Assembly: GCA_965205975.1 (NCBI GenBank)
Contig: OZ242195.1
Location: forward strand, 3,456,001 to 3,520,000
Length of the DNA stretch: 64,000 nucleotides
Source: Candidatus Latescibacterota bacterium
GTDB taxonomy: Bacteria > Latescibacterota > UBA2968
Direction of reading: 5' to 3'
Shown here: in pieces, positions 50,110-60,940 of the stretch
Position numbering within the stretch: the stretch's first letter is position 1
How the letters are laid out: every line of letters begins with the position of its first letter
Position numbers and translations under genes: made by a program
The notes under the pieces: generated by a model
Databases searched by the model: none
Told to the model about the DNA's origin: nothing
The model's input: only the letters and a program-made list of their open reading frames with translations

Positions 50110-51540
50110 ATGCCATCCAGATACAATATCCTGCTCATAATCTCAGAAGACAACGGGCAACATATCGGTTGTTATGGCGACCCTTATGCACAAACGCCGC
50201 ACATAGATAAACTCGCCTCTGAAAGCGTGCGATTTGAAAACATGTATGCGACGCAGGCCGTATGCAGCCCAGGGCGGGCGAGTATTCTAACCGGATTATA
50301 TCCGCACCAGAATGGTCAGTTCGGATTGGCAACCCACAAGTACGCACTGTACGATGAATTTCCCAACATGCCCCGCCTGTTAAAAAACGAAGGATACAGA
50401 ACCGGACTCATCGGCAAATTGCACATCAATCCCGAAGACGCCTTTCCCTACGACCTGCGGTGGAATCCGAAAGAATTTATCAGCTTTGCCAACCGCGACG
50501 TACGCAAAATGGCCGAAGTAGCAGGTGAATTTATGAAACCATCGGACGAGCCGTTCTTTTTGCAAATCAGTTTTCCCGACGCACACCTGCCATTCCACCG
50601 CCAACAATTCGGTGTACCTGAGCACCCACAGGAAGGCAAAGACGTCGAGACGCTCCCATTTGTCGGCATTGACACGCCCCGCCTAAGAGAGGAAACCGCG
50701 GACTATTACAACTGCATGTCCAGATTGGACACCGGCATAGGACTGGTCTTAGAACAACTGAACGCTCTCGGAAAAACCGAAAATACACTCGTAATTTTTA
50801 CGACCGATCACGGCGCCCAGTTTTCACGGGGAAAAACATCAATCTACGAGGGCGGATTGCGCATACCGCTAATCGTGCGATGCCCCGGTATTGGCCTTGA
50901 AGGTCACACACGCAACGAATTGGTATCACAAATCGACATCTTGCCAACTGTAACAGACATTTTGGGAATTGCGTGCCCCGCAGGAGTGGCGGGCGCATCC
51001 TTTGCACCCCTATTAAAAGGACAAAAAATTGAATGGCGCACCCATCTATACGCCGAATGGGGAAGCGGTGGCGTCGTCACGTACTTCCCACAGCGCTCCG
51101 TGCGAGATGGTCGATACAAACTCATCGCCAATCTCCTCCAGGACCGCCCAAGCCCGAGCGCACTGGGATATTCGGACAGAAACCAAAAATGGACATCCGG
51201 CGCAACACAAGAGGAAATTGCCGGTTCAGATAAGCGCATCCGGACAGCTTATGAACTCTATGAACAACCGCCAAAATACGAAGTCTATGACCTGCAAAAC
51301 GACCCATGGGAATTTGAAAATCTATCCCATAATCCGGCATACCACAACATCTTGCAGGCATTAAAAAATCGCCTTGAGACCTGGCAGAAAGAAACCGACG
51401 ACGCCCTGAGACATCCCGAAAATCTGCATCGACTCACCCAAAAACACGACGAAATTATGGAAAAATACTACGCGGAAAGTATATGGGGCAGTTCTCGGGA
51501 TTACGAATGGGACTACACCGAATACCTCTATCACCAATAA
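50110..51540 (+). CDS. Sulfatase (heparan N-sulfatase/SGSH-like)
   Basis: ISEDNG, CSPGR, GKLHI, DAHLP, TTDHG, YDLQNDPWE. Confidence 0.9.
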   Translation: MPSRYNILLIISEDNGQHIGCYGDPYAQTPHIDKLASESVRFENMYATQAVCSPGRASILTGLYPHQNGQFGLATHKYALYDEFPNMPRLLKNEGYRTGLIGKLHINPEDAFPYDLRWNPKEFISFANRDVRKMAEVAGEFMKPSDEPFFLQISFPDAHLPFHRQQFGVPEHPQEGKDVETLPFVGIDTPRLREETADYYNCMSRLDTGIGLVLEQLNALGKTENTLVIFTTDHGAQFSRGKTSIYEGGLRIPLIVRCPGIGLEGHTRNELVSQIDILPTVTDILGIACPAGVAGASFAPLLKGQKIEWRTHLYAEWGSGGVVTYFPQRSVRDGRYKLIANLLQDRPSPSALGYSDRNQKWTSGATQEEIAGSDKRIRTAYELYEQPPKYEVYDLQNDPWEFENLSHNPAYHNILQALKNRLETWQKETDDALRHPENLHRLTQKHDEIMEKYYAESIWGSSRDYEWDYTEYLYHQ

Positions 51541-51549
51541 GGAGAAAAC

Positions 51550-52800
51550 ATGGCAAAAACACACCTGACAATTGAAGGCGAAAAATTTCTAATAAACGAG
51601 AAGGTGACATATTCAGAAATCGATGGAACGAGACCCGGCGCCCATGGACTGCTAATGAATGCTCGATTCATCCAGGGTATTTTTGACGACGCGATGGAAC
51701 CCGAACGCTTTGCGCGGTGGGGCCACAGCGAATGGGATCCCATGGCCAATACCGAGCGCCTCATTGCGGCACTGCCCGAATGGTATCGCTATGGACTGCG
51801 CGCATTCACAACCGGATTCCAGGGTGGCGGCCCGTGTTTTACAGCACCAAATCACACGATCCAGAACAATCCCTTTGGCGAAGACGGCCTGACATTAGAC
51901 GCCGACTACGCCGAGCGGATGGACAAATTGATCCGAGGAGCAGATGCAGTTGGTATGATCGTCATCGTCAGCTTCTTTTACGGCTCGCAAACCCGCTGGC
52001 TAAAAGATGAAAAAGCCATCCGCAACGCCGTAACAACCGCCTCGCATTTTGTGAAAGAATATCCCAACGTCATCATCGAAGTCGCAAACGAGATGAATAT
52101 TGGATCATTTGCAAATCATCCCATCATTCAAAAACCCGAAGGAATGGTAACTTTATTGGACCTTGCAAGAAAAGAATCGGGCGGCTTGCCCTGTGGGTGT
52201 AGTGGAGGCGGCAGCTATCGCAACCGGGAAGTCGCAGAAGCCAGCGACATCATCCTCATTCACGGAAATGGCTGCACGCGGCAGCGATATCACAACATGA
52301 TCCAGGAAGTGCAAAGCTGGAACCTGAACCGCCCCATCGTGTGCAACGAAGATTCCCAGGCCATAGGACAACTCCAGGTCGCCTATAAAACGCAAACCTC
52401 GTGGGGATATTACAACAACATGACCAAACAGGAACCACCCGCCGACTGGGGAATCACCACCGGAGAAGACACCTTCTTTGCACACCGAATGGCAGAAGGC
52501 ATAGGAATCGACACAGACCCGATTGATGACCAGTACTACCTCCAGGGCTTAGAACCCCATTGGGAATATCAGGGCCAGCGCTGGCTTCGACTCGCCAGCT
52601 TATATCCCGAAACAATCAGCTATGTCGATTTCTATCGGAATGGCAAATTCTACGATACCGCGTATGACGAACCCTTTTCCCTGCACTTTCAGACCAACTG
52701 GCGGCAAGGCGGCATCGAAGTTCAAGACAATGACCGGGAATGGAAAGCCGTTATCCACTGCGGCGATGGGGAAGTGATTGAAAAAACGGTTCAATGTTGA
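51550..52800 (+). CDS. Conserved hypothetical protein, probable clan-A glycoside hydrolase TIM barrel
   Basis: IIEVANE and PIVCNED motifs. Confidence 0.55.
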   Translation: MAKTHLTIEGEKFLINEKVTYSEIDGTRPGAHGLLMNARFIQGIFDDAMEPERFARWGHSEWDPMANTERLIAALPEWYRYGLRAFTTGFQGGGPCFTAPNHTIQNNPFGEDGLTLDADYAERMDKLIRGADAVGMIVIVSFFYGSQTRWLKDEKAIRNAVTTASHFVKEYPNVIIEVANEMNIGSFANHPIIQKPEGMVTLLDLARKESGGLPCGCSGGGSYRNREVAEASDIILIHGNGCTRQRYHNMIQEVQSWNLNRPIVCNEDSQAIGQLQVAYKTQTSWGYYNNMTKQEPPADWGITTGEDTFFAHRMAEGIGIDTDPIDDQYYLQGLEPHWEYQGQRWLRLASLYPETISYVDFYRNGKFYDTAYDEPFSLHFQTNWRQGGIEVQDNDREWKAVIHCGDGEVIEKTVQC

Positions 52801-52899
52801 AAAAAGACGAATAGACGAATAGACGAATAGACGAACCCCGCTCCGCCACCCAAAATCGCTACGAGCTTCGATTCGTTGATTCGTTGATTCGTTAATTCG

Positions 52900-54102
52900 T
52901 TAATTCGCATTTAAAAACTCATCCAGCGCATTCACCGCCTGGTCAATATGTTCTTTCTCAATCACCAGCGGAGGTAAAAAGCGCACCACATCTGGCCCTG
53001 CGACACATAATAGAATATCGTTATTTTCCCGAATCGCATTCATCGCATCCGCCGCCGGTATCTCCTTCAGCACTGCGCCTGCGATCAACCCACTGCCGCG
53101 AATTTCCGTCACCCCCTCGGCGTGTTTGTCTTTCAGTGCATTCAACTTCCCAAACAAATACGCACTCTTCTCCTGGATACCCGCAATAAATTCGGAATCA
53201 GATATCGTCTTAAACACCTCAATCGCCACCGCACACGACACGGGATGCGCCCCAAATGTCGCGGCATGATCCCCCGGCTCCACTGCATCGGCCACATCCT
53301 GCGTCACAAGCGTCGCCCCAATCGGCAACCCGCCAGCCAAGGGTTTCGCAAGCGTCATAATATCTGGTGCCACGCCGTACTGCTCATAGCAAAACAGCGA
53401 ACCAGCCCGCCCCAAACCGCACTGAATCTCATCGAAAATCAACAACATCTTCATCTCATCGCACAGGGCGCGCACACCCTCCAAAAATGCCGGATCTGCC
53501 GAATGAATACCCCCTTCTGCCTGTAGCGGCTCCAGCAACACAGCCACCGTCTGCCCATCTGCTATCTTCTCCACCGACTCCAAATCGTTCAAATCGGCAA
53601 ATTCAATACCCGGCAGCATCGGCCCAAATCCCTGGTGATATCTGGGTTGCCCCGTTGCAGAAATCCCGCCATACGTTCGCCCGTGAAAAGAATTATTCAT
53701 CGCGATAATTTTATTCTTAGGCGCATCTTCAAAATTCTTATACCCCCACTTGCGCACAAACTTCAGCGCAGCCTCAATGGACTCTGTCCCGCTATTGCAA
53801 AAAAACACGCGATCGGCAAACGAATGCTCGCACAACAACTGCGCCAACTGAGGTGCCGGAATCGTGTGATACAAATTTGAAACATGGATCAACTTGCCCA
53901 ACTGCGCGTTGGCAGCCTCTTGAATCATCGAATTGTTATATCCCAAAGCATTGACAGACAAGCCACTCACAAAATCGAGATAGTGCTTCCCATCCGTATC
54001 CACAATATGGACCCCATCGCCCTTTTCCAGCACAAACTCGGGCCGTCCATAGGTCTGCAAAATGTACTTCTGTTCTAAGTCAACAATTTCTCGAGTCGTC
54101 AT
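52900..54102 (-). CDS. argD: Acetylornithine aminotransferase
   Basis: NSGTES, SFHGRT, DEIQCG, TLAKPLAGG. Confidence 0.95.
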   Translation of the reverse strand: MTTREIVDLEQKYILQTYGRPEFVLEKGDGVHIVDTDGKHYLDFVSGLSVNALGYNNSMIQEAANAQLGKLIHVSNLYHTIPAPQLAQLLCEHSFADRVFFCNSGTESIEAALKFVRKWGYKNFEDAPKNKIIAMNNSFHGRTYGGISATGQPRYHQGFGPMLPGIEFADLNDLESVEKIADGQTVAVLLEPLQAEGGIHSADPAFLEGVRALCDEMKMLLIFDEIQCGLGRAGSLFCYEQYGVAPDIMTLAKPLAGGLPIGATLVTQDVADAVEPGDHAATFGAHPVSCAVAIEVFKTISDSEFIAGIQEKSAYLFGKLNALKDKHAEGVTEIRGSGLIAGAVLKEIPAADAMNAIRENNDILLCVAGPDVVRFLPPLVIEKEHIDQAVNALDEFLNAN

Positions 54103-54125
54103 GCTAAATCCTTATGGTTAAAAAT

Positions 54126-55016
54126 TTACTGCACAATTTGCGTACCAATACCCTCGCGGGTAAAAATCTCCAGCAAAAGCGCGTGCGGAACACTGCCATC
54201 AATAATATGCGTCTTGTGAACACCGCCCTTCACAGAACGCTCACACGCACGCAACTTGGGAATCATCCCCCCGCTGGCAATACCTCTCTCAATCAGGGTC
54301 TCAACATCATTGACATGCAGTGTTGAAATCTGCGTATCCGGATCATCTGGAAACCGTCGGATACCATTCACATCCGTCAAAAACACCAACTTCTCCGCTT
54401 GCAATGCCCGCGCAATCTCACCTGCCGCCGTATCGGCATTCACATTATAACTCTCGCCCTCTGGCCCCAATCCAACAGGTGAAACAACGGGAATCATGCC
54501 CTCTTCACAAGCCAGACGGATGGGTTCGGGATCAATTCGGGCGACATCGCCAACATAGCCAATATCGACCCTCTTCGTCTCCCCATCTGCCTCCTCTACC
54601 GTCGCAAAATGCTTTGTCACATACATCACGCCAGCGTCTTTTGCCGACATACTGCGCGCGCGTCCATCGAGTATCTCCAAACCATCGACAATACGCCGGT
54701 TCACTTCGCCAAATAACGTATCTTCCACCACCTGCATCGACGCCTTATCCGTCACCCGCAAACCATTGACCCACTGCGATTCAATACCCGACGCCTCCAG
54801 ACGCCTGCTAATATCCTTCCCCCCGCCATGTACAACCACAGGACGCATACCCACGGTCTCCATAAACACCAGATCGGCCATTATCGTAGGAGAACCGCCC
54901 GCTTCGGGCTGTGTGCTACCGCCGTACTTCACCACAATAATTTTGTCGCGAAACTCGCGAATATACGGAAATGCCTCAATCAAAATTTCAGCCTTTTCAA
55001 TGATACTGTGATCCAT
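54126..55016 (-). CDS. argB: Acetylglutamate kinase
   Basis: VVKYGG, VHGGG, GLRVTD, NVNAD, GGMIPK, LLEIFT. Confidence 0.96.
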   Translation of the reverse strand: MDHSIIEKAEILIEAFPYIREFRDKIIVVKYGGSTQPEAGGSPTIMADLVFMETVGMRPVVVHGGGKDISRRLEASGIESQWVNGLRVTDKASMQVVEDTLFGEVNRRIVDGLEILDGRARSMSAKDAGVMYVTKHFATVEEADGETKRVDIGYVGDVARIDPEPIRLACEEGMIPVVSPVGLGPEGESYNVNADTAAGEIARALQAEKLVFLTDVNGIRRFPDDPDTQISTLHVNDVETLIERGIASGGMIPKLRACERSVKGGVHKTHIIDGSVPHALLLEIFTREGIGTQIVQ

Positions 55017-55017
55017 T

Positions 55018-55233
55018 TAACTCTCCAACGTGCGATATCAGTAGCGATAAACCTCGCAAAATCCCATAGATTCATATATATGACGTGCGGGTGAGTTATC
55101 TTCCTCAACTTGTAAATAAGCCATATTTGCGCCCGCCTTGCGATCGAATTACCCACCCATCGTGGAGCACTTGCTGCATTGGCGGACAAGCGTTTAAGCA
55201 TCTTTCTTCTATATCTCGGATCACATCGATCAT
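55018..55233 (-). pseudogene. Internally deleted GNAT acetyltransferase remnant
   Basis: MIDVIRDIEERCLNACPPMQQVLHDGWVIR joined out of frame to AYLQVEEDNSPARHIYESMGF.EVYRY*YR. Confidence 0.7.
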
Positions 55234-55239
55234 GCGGAC

Positions 55240-56172
55240 TCACCCCGTCTCAATCCCATAAAGCCGCGGCAGAGCCTGCATCAAATTCATATTTTCCACA
55301 GCCTGGGTAGCTGCGCCTTTTTGCAAATTGTCTTCCAGAGCATTGATATAAGCAAAACCGTCATCAACCCCCAGCTTAATGATCAAAGCGTGTGTCCCCA
55401 CCACATCGCGCGTACCCCACCAATGCGCGTCGGAATCTTCAACCACCTGCACCAGATCGTCAGCGCCATAAGCACTTACAATCGCCTCGCGCAACTGCGC
55501 AGCGGCATCTTCATTCGCCAGCGCTTTCAAATCATCAACCAGTTCAACTCGAATATTTGCATTAATACCCGCAAACACCGACCGCAGCACAACAGGCGTA
55601 AAATTCACTTCAAACCCCGAATACAAGACCATTTCGGGCACGTGTTTGTGTCGCTTGCCATAGCTATACGCAATCTCATTCGACACATCCTCCACCTCGG
55701 CTCGCGCACCCGAATTGCCCGAAGTCGCCACAATCGTCGCTTCCCCCTGCACGAGTGCTTTGAGGGGATACAAAGACAAAATAACACTCGTGGGATAACA
55801 CCCCGGATTGCCCACCAGACGCGCCACAGCAATCTCTTTGGCAAACAAAGCCGGCATGCCATAAACCGCTTCTTTGAGCAACTCAGGCGCCGTATGCACC
55901 AGGCCATAACCCCTTTCAAACGCCTCTCTCGGCAACCGAAAAGCACCGCTCATATCGATCACCTTCGCACCGGCGGCCAGTGCCTCGGGCGCAAACTTCA
56001 TCGACTCGGGATCCTTCGTCGCCAAAAACACCACATCGCAATCGGTCAAATTGCCATCCCGGCGCCTCGAATTTTGTCGAAACGCGATATCTACCCGATC
56101 GTGGTGCTTTAACACCTTTTGGATCTCCTGCCCCACCATCCCCGTATCGCCGTAAATGCCTATTTTGATCAC
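55240..56172 (-). CDS. argC: N-acetyl-gamma-glutamyl-phosphate reductase
   Basis: IDMSGAFRL, NPGCYPT, HKHVPE, DNLQKGAA. Confidence 0.93.
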   Translation of the reverse strand: MIKIGIYGDTGMVGQEIQKVLKHHDRVDIAFRQNSRRRDGNLTDCDVVFLATKDPESMKFAPEALAAGAKVIDMSGAFRLPREAFERGYGLVHTAPELLKEAVYGMPALFAKEIAVARLVGNPGCYPTSVILSLYPLKALVQGEATIVATSGNSGARAEVEDVSNEIAYSYGKRHKHVPEMVLYSGFEVNFTPVVLRSVFAGINANIRVELVDDLKALANEDAAAQLREAIVSAYGADDLVQVVEDSDAHWWGTRDVVGTHALIIKLGVDDGFAYINALEDNLQKGAATQAVENMNLMQALPRLYGIETG

Positions 56173-56184
56173 AGCATAACCCTT

Positions 56185-56619
56185 TCAAGGTACTAAAATC
56201 TGATCTGAAATATCTGGGTAAACAGCCTTAAAATCTCGTTCATTAAAAGTTATCAAATGATCAACCTGAATCCGGTAAGCGGTATCTGCAATCAAGGCAT
56301 CGTAGGTTGCACCACCTGTAATGCCTTGTTGAGCGAGATGCACCAAAAGCGTTTTATATTCATTACCATCTGATGCAATTATTTCAAATGTGGAGACGAC
56401 ATTTTCCTGGATAAGTTGCAGTGCAGTGTTCGAAGAAATGCGTGGTTGTACTGGTAAACGCGTTAAAACAGCGTACAACTCAGCAAGTGTATGAGCCGCA
56501 ATATAGGCAGAAACATCGTCTTGTCTTGCTCGCTTTAACCATGTTAGTGCTCGAGCGTGACTGGGATGGGCTTCAACCATCGCAGCAATAAGTACAGACG
56601 TATCCAACAAAATTTTCAT
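56185..56619 (-). CDS. vapC: PIN-domain (VapC-like) toxin
   Basis: LLDTSVL, LAELY, YDALI, TFNERDF. Confidence 0.9.
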   Translation of the reverse strand: MKILLDTSVLIAAMVEAHPSHARALTWLKRARQDDVSAYIAAHTLAELYAVLTRLPVQPRISSNTALQLIQENVVSTFEIIASDGNEYKTLLVHLAQQGITGGATYDALIADTAYRIQVDHLITFNERDFKAVYPDISDQILVP

Positions 56620-57272
56620 AAACCAGATGTCTCCGCCAGCCCTTTCAACCGTGCTTCGCGACTTTGTTTTAACGTATTCCCAAGTGGTTGAAGTGCTTGT
56701 GAACGAATGACCAGAACATCTTCTTTACGAACTATTGGTGGATTTTCATTATTTGCAGATTTTGCCCCAACATCGCTTACTAATTGATTTGTAGATGAAG
56801 TCCTCATGTGTACCCAAATACTTTTTTCAAGACCCTGACATGCTTCTGGTGAGCGACAAAGAATAAAAATGGTATTTTCGCCAGCGAGTGTTCCAGCAAC
56901 TTCTGCCCATTCTGCTTGATCAATTGCTTCACAAACACCCTGAGCGTGTCCAGTAATTGTCTTCAAAATCAGCGTATGAGCCACTGATTCTACACCAATA
57001 ACAAAGTCTCGCAACTCACGCCTCAACAGATCGTCACCCTGTAACGACATCCGTTCTGAACCTATGGAAGTCTCTGGAATTTGATATCGAAAACCTCCTT
57101 CGCCATCAGGCACTTTTGCAATGCCCAGTTCTTTAATATCTTTTGACAGGGTCGATTGCGTAGTCGAAATCCCAACATCCTTCAACGCAGCATTCAGTTC
57201 TTCCTGGCGTGTGATAGGTCCCTCAGTAATCAGTTCTATAATTTTTTGATGGCGTTCTCTTTTTGCGCTCAT
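56616..57272 (-). CDS. argR: Arginine repressor with a C-terminal extension of about 65 aa
   Basis: RQEEL, TQSTLSKDIKELG, LKTITG, GTLAGENTIF; ATGA overlap with vapC. Confidence 0.9.
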   Translation of the reverse strand: MSAKRERHQKIIELITEGPITRQEELNAALKDVGISTTQSTLSKDIKELGIAKVPDGEGGFRYQIPETSIGSERMSLQGDDLLRRELRDFVIGVESVAHTLILKTITGHAQGVCEAIDQAEWAEVAGTLAGENTIFILCRSPEACQGLEKSIWVHMRTSSTNQLVSDVGAKSANNENPPIVRKEDVLVIRSQALQPLGNTLKQSREARLKGLAETSGL

Positions 57273-57356
57273 AATTTTCCTCCATGTTCCGAGGTACTTT
57301 TGCCTGCATTCCGATTCTAAATGGCTGAAAAAAATATACCAGAAACAAACACAAGT

Positions 57357-57394
57357 CAAGAATAAAAATTCAAAAAAATGAATTTTTATTCCTT
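57357..57394. promoter_or_regulatory. Tandem ARG boxes upstream of argR
   Basis: AGAATAAAAATTCA (57359-57372) and TGAATTTTTATTCC (57379-57392) resemble the TGAAT-W4-ATTCA consensus. Confidence 0.7.
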
Positions 57395-59725
57395 TTTAGC
57401 GTACTTATCCAACCACTCTGACATCTCCCACAAAACGTGCATAACCGACTCGCGCGCCCGATAGCTGTGGCTCTCGTGCGGCAACATCACCAATCGACAG
57501 ACAGCACCGTGTCCCTTGAGCGCGTTGTAAAATCGCTCGCTCTGCATGGGAAACGTACCCGAATTATTATCCGCCTCACCGTGAATGAGCAGCAAAGGCG
57601 CTTTAATTTTTGGCGCATGATTAAACGGAGACATCGTCGCATAAACATCTGCTGCCTGCCAGAACGTGCGCTCTTCTGCCTGAAAACCAAAAGGCGTCAA
57701 CGTGCGGTTATACGCGCCACTGCGCGCAATACCACAGCAAAACAAATCGGTATGCGCCAGCAAATTCGCCGTCATAAAACCGCCGTAGGAGTGTCCCCCC
57801 ACCGCCACTTTTTTGGGATCGGCCACGCCCAAACGCACCAGTTCATCAACCGCGGCCTTTGCACTATCGGCAAGCTGCTCGATATAAGTATCATTTGCCT
57901 CGCGATCTCCCTCCCCCACAATCGGCATCGCCGGACCATCCAGCACAGCATAACCCCGCGCCAAAAAAGGCAACGCGCCGTGCTGACTGATACGCACAAA
58001 TCGAAAAGGAGAATCCTTCACCTGACCCGCGGCATCTGCACTCTTAAATTCGCGGGGATAAGCCCACATCAGCACAGGCAACGGACCATCGGCTCTTTTA
58101 TATCCGGGCGGCAAATACAACGTCCCATTCAACTGCACCCCATCTTTGCGCTGGTACTGAACCAGCGACTTCTCCACCGCCTTCAACTGCGGCATCGGAT
58201 GAACAAAATGCGTGAGCTGCCGCATATCATTGCGCTGCAAATCCCGCACATAATAATTGGTCGGCTCATCAACACTCTCCCGGCTCATCAACACCGTATT
58301 GGCATCTATCATCGTCGTTGGCCGCTCGTAAAACGGCGCCTGGGAATGCATGAGACGTTCCGACTTACCCGTCTCCAGATCATAGCGGTCCAAAAACGGG
58401 CGATCGCCTTTGGGCGACGCACCATCACCTGCAAAAAACATATAGCGTTGCGACGCATCGGTCAGCAACACAGACCGCCCATTGGGCAACCGCGTAAACA
58501 CAGGTGCGCCCGGCGCGCCATAGCGATCTTCCCACGACCGATCAAACAACACCTGCGGTTCAAAATCCGAATCATCCGGGCGAATGCGCCACGTACGCAC
58601 GCGCCGCGTCTTCCACCAGCGCTCTGAAACCAACGCGAGATCACCCGTCCCCCACGAACACCCACCATAGCGCATCGCCAGCGACATAAGCACGCGCCCA
58701 TCACCCTCATAAGGCGCGTCGAGCGCATATACAATATCCCGTACCGCCACATCCACCTCGGGATCGCCGCCATCCTGTGCCACAACCCACGTCACGGTCG
58801 CAGGCGCGTCTGCGCGCCACCCAAACGAACGCGCACCTTCGGGCACGGCATCATAAGCAATCGGAATAGACTCGGCCAATGGCAAATCGACAAGTTCGCG
58901 CACCTCGCGCCCGTCCAGACCCCAGATCGCCACCTTTGTCGGAAAACGATACGAAGGCACCAGATACGAAAACGGTCGGTGAAAAGTCGATACCAGCACA
59001 TAACGACCATCTGGCGATGGATCGGCGCGATAGATCAGCCCGGGAGAACCCAGAGGTCTCACATCGCCATTCAGGCGCACAAGAGCAACCTGCGAAGTAG
59101 CATAATATTCAAATAACAACTCATCATGGGCATTCTTCAACAAATCTTGATACGTGCGCGATGGTGCTGCCCGTTCGCCCACATTTTCCTGAATCACCGG
59201 ACCTCTGGGCACATGCGAAGCCTCGGGCGGCTCACCCCGACCATCACACACCGCGCGCACCAACAGCCCCGAACTATCCGGCAACCAGACCATAGCCCCA
59301 CCAAAAACCTGATTCAATTTCACATCGCCAACCGGATGCGCCCTGCCAGTCTCCGAATTGCCGACCCACAGATCAATCCCATTATCACCTGTCAACGAAA
59401 AAGCAAACCACTGTCCATCGGGCGCCCAATAAGCCCGTCCAATTCTCGCATCCTTCGGCAACCCCGTCACAGGTAATTCACGACCATCGGCAACCCACTT
59501 GAGCGTCAGCCCATTGTAAAATCCCACGCGACTTTGCCCATTCACATCCGGATCCAGGCGCAAACCCGCCAGACGCAACTCGGACTGCGACACCTCCTCA
59601 ATAGACGGTGCGCCCGGACGGTGCATCAACAGCAGCACTGTCCTCGTCGGATCAATACTAAACGAAGGCGTCAAAGGCGCGTCAACAATCGCGGCGAGTT
59701 CCTCGGGTGGCATCTCGTAAGACAT
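57386..59725 (-). CDS. S9 family (prolyl oligopeptidase / glutamyl endopeptidase-like) peptidase
   Basis: WAYPREF, GGHSYGG, IARSGAYNRTLTPFGFQ, HESH. Confidence 0.92.
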   Translation of the reverse strand: MSYEMPPEELAAIVDAPLTPSFSIDPTRTVLLLMHRPGAPSIEEVSQSELRLAGLRLDPDVNGQSRVGFYNGLTLKWVADGRELPVTGLPKDARIGRAYWAPDGQWFAFSLTGDNGIDLWVGNSETGRAHPVGDVKLNQVFGGAMVWLPDSSGLLVRAVCDGRGEPPEASHVPRGPVIQENVGERAAPSRTYQDLLKNAHDELLFEYYATSQVALVRLNGDVRPLGSPGLIYRADPSPDGRYVLVSTFHRPFSYLVPSYRFPTKVAIWGLDGREVRELVDLPLAESIPIAYDAVPEGARSFGWRADAPATVTWVVAQDGGDPEVDVAVRDIVYALDAPYEGDGRVLMSLAMRYGGCSWGTGDLALVSERWWKTRRVRTWRIRPDDSDFEPQVLFDRSWEDRYGAPGAPVFTRLPNGRSVLLTDASQRYMFFAGDGASPKGDRPFLDRYDLETGKSERLMHSQAPFYERPTTMIDANTVLMSRESVDEPTNYYVRDLQRNDMRQLTHFVHPMPQLKAVEKSLVQYQRKDGVQLNGTLYLPPGYKRADGPLPVLMWAYPREFKSADAAGQVKDSPFRFVRISQHGALPFLARGYAVLDGPAMPIVGEGDREANDTYIEQLADSAKAAVDELVRLGVADPKKVAVGGHSYGGFMTANLLAHTDLFCCGIARSGAYNRTLTPFGFQAEERTFWQAADVYATMSPFNHAPKIKAPLLLIHGEADNNSGTFPMQSERFYNALKGHGAVCRLVMLPHESHSYRARESVMHVLWEMSEWLDKYAKKE

Positions 59726-59739
59726 AGTTTCCCTCTCCC

Positions 59740-60867
59740 CTAAAACCATCTCTTGTAATAAAACGGACTATTTTCATCCTCATTCAACTGCTTCACCACC
59801 TCGTAGAACCACATATCCAGCGGCATCTCGTGTGCATCCAATCGCGGAAAGGGATTAAAATCATCGGTCGCCAGCGTCTTGCCAATCGTATCCAGCATCC
59901 CCAAACCCAACTCCGGCACATCCACGCGCTGGATACCCGCCTTCTCCATCAATTTATCATACACATAAGACATCGTCGTACCGCCCGGAATAAACGGCAA
60001 AGCGCGCGTCCGCATCACTGGAAAAAACACATTCACCACCTTCCGGTCTGTACCATAAGCCTCAGAAGTCGCCGCTTGAATCGCATCCTTGGGCAAATAC
60101 AAACTCGTCGAATACGCGCCATTGCGCCCGTATTCCACCGCTGCTGGATCGCGACTCGGCTTATCCAGACTACCGCGCCAATCGCAAAAAGCCGTCACAG
60201 CCACGGAAATTCCCGAATCCATCAGCACATCTGTAAACTGCACAGCCATATCGCCCATCACAAATTTGGTCGCCTCAACAGCCCGCTCAGACAAAGGCGT
60301 CAACTGCCACTGGAACAAACCCTCTGCATCGACATCCTTCACAAATGTCGGGGGATAACCCGGCAAAATCCCCGAACTCGCTGCTGCCGTAGAATTGACA
60401 TAAATCACATCCTCTGCATCGGCTGCTTTGAGCGCATCCACAATTTTATCCAACGCCCGTCCCTCCAATGCGTACCCATCATTAATCCAGTGAAAACGGT
60501 CGCCAAAACCAGTTGCGCGCATCTGCATCTCCTCACCCGTCGCATATCCCAGCGACCTCGACAAATCGCGTGCCACCACCGTCAGACTACCACTTTCGGC
60601 AACCAGATCGAGCAACGCAGTCGCCACCGAACAACCAATGCCCAACCCCGTCCCCCCAACAATCACAAAATGTCGTCCCTTTGCCCAATCGAGCGCGTAC
60701 CGATCCACAGCAACGCGCTGTGCCGACTGCCGCTGATCCAGCAATTTAACCGCCTCTGCCGGAAATGCCTCAACCTCTTCTTTGCTCGGTCGCGAAACCG
60801 CCGGCGCGCCTTCCACGACACGCACACCCGGCATCGGATTTGCAAACGGACTTGGAAATTCACTCAT
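59740..60867 (-). CDS. Hypothetical Rossmann-like protein
   Basis: 375 aa; IVGGTGLGIG glycine-rich loop; GGAG RBS. Confidence 0.6.
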   Translation of the reverse strand: MSEFPSPFANPMPGVRVVEGAPAVSRPSKEEVEAFPAEAVKLLDQRQSAQRVAVDRYALDWAKGRHFVIVGGTGLGIGCSVATALLDLVAESGSLTVVARDLSRSLGYATGEEMQMRATGFGDRFHWINDGYALEGRALDKIVDALKAADAEDVIYVNSTAAASSGILPGYPPTFVKDVDAEGLFQWQLTPLSERAVEATKFVMGDMAVQFTDVLMDSGISVAVTAFCDWRGSLDKPSRDPAAVEYGRNGAYSTSLYLPKDAIQAATSEAYGTDRKVVNVFFPVMRTRALPFIPGGTTMSYVYDKLMEKAGIQRVDVPELGLGMLDTIGKTLATDDFNPFPRLDAHEMPLDMWFYEVVKQLNEDENSPFYYKRWF

Positions 60868-60886
60868 AATTATTTCTCCTGGTAAC

Positions 60887-60940
60887 GGGCGGGTTTCGAG
60901 CGTTGTACAACTGCGTAGCAGTTCAACCCGCCCCTACATC
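60887..60940. repeat. Second GTAG-type REP-like hairpin
   Basis: GGGCGGGTT...AACCCGCCCCTAC. Confidence 0.6.
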
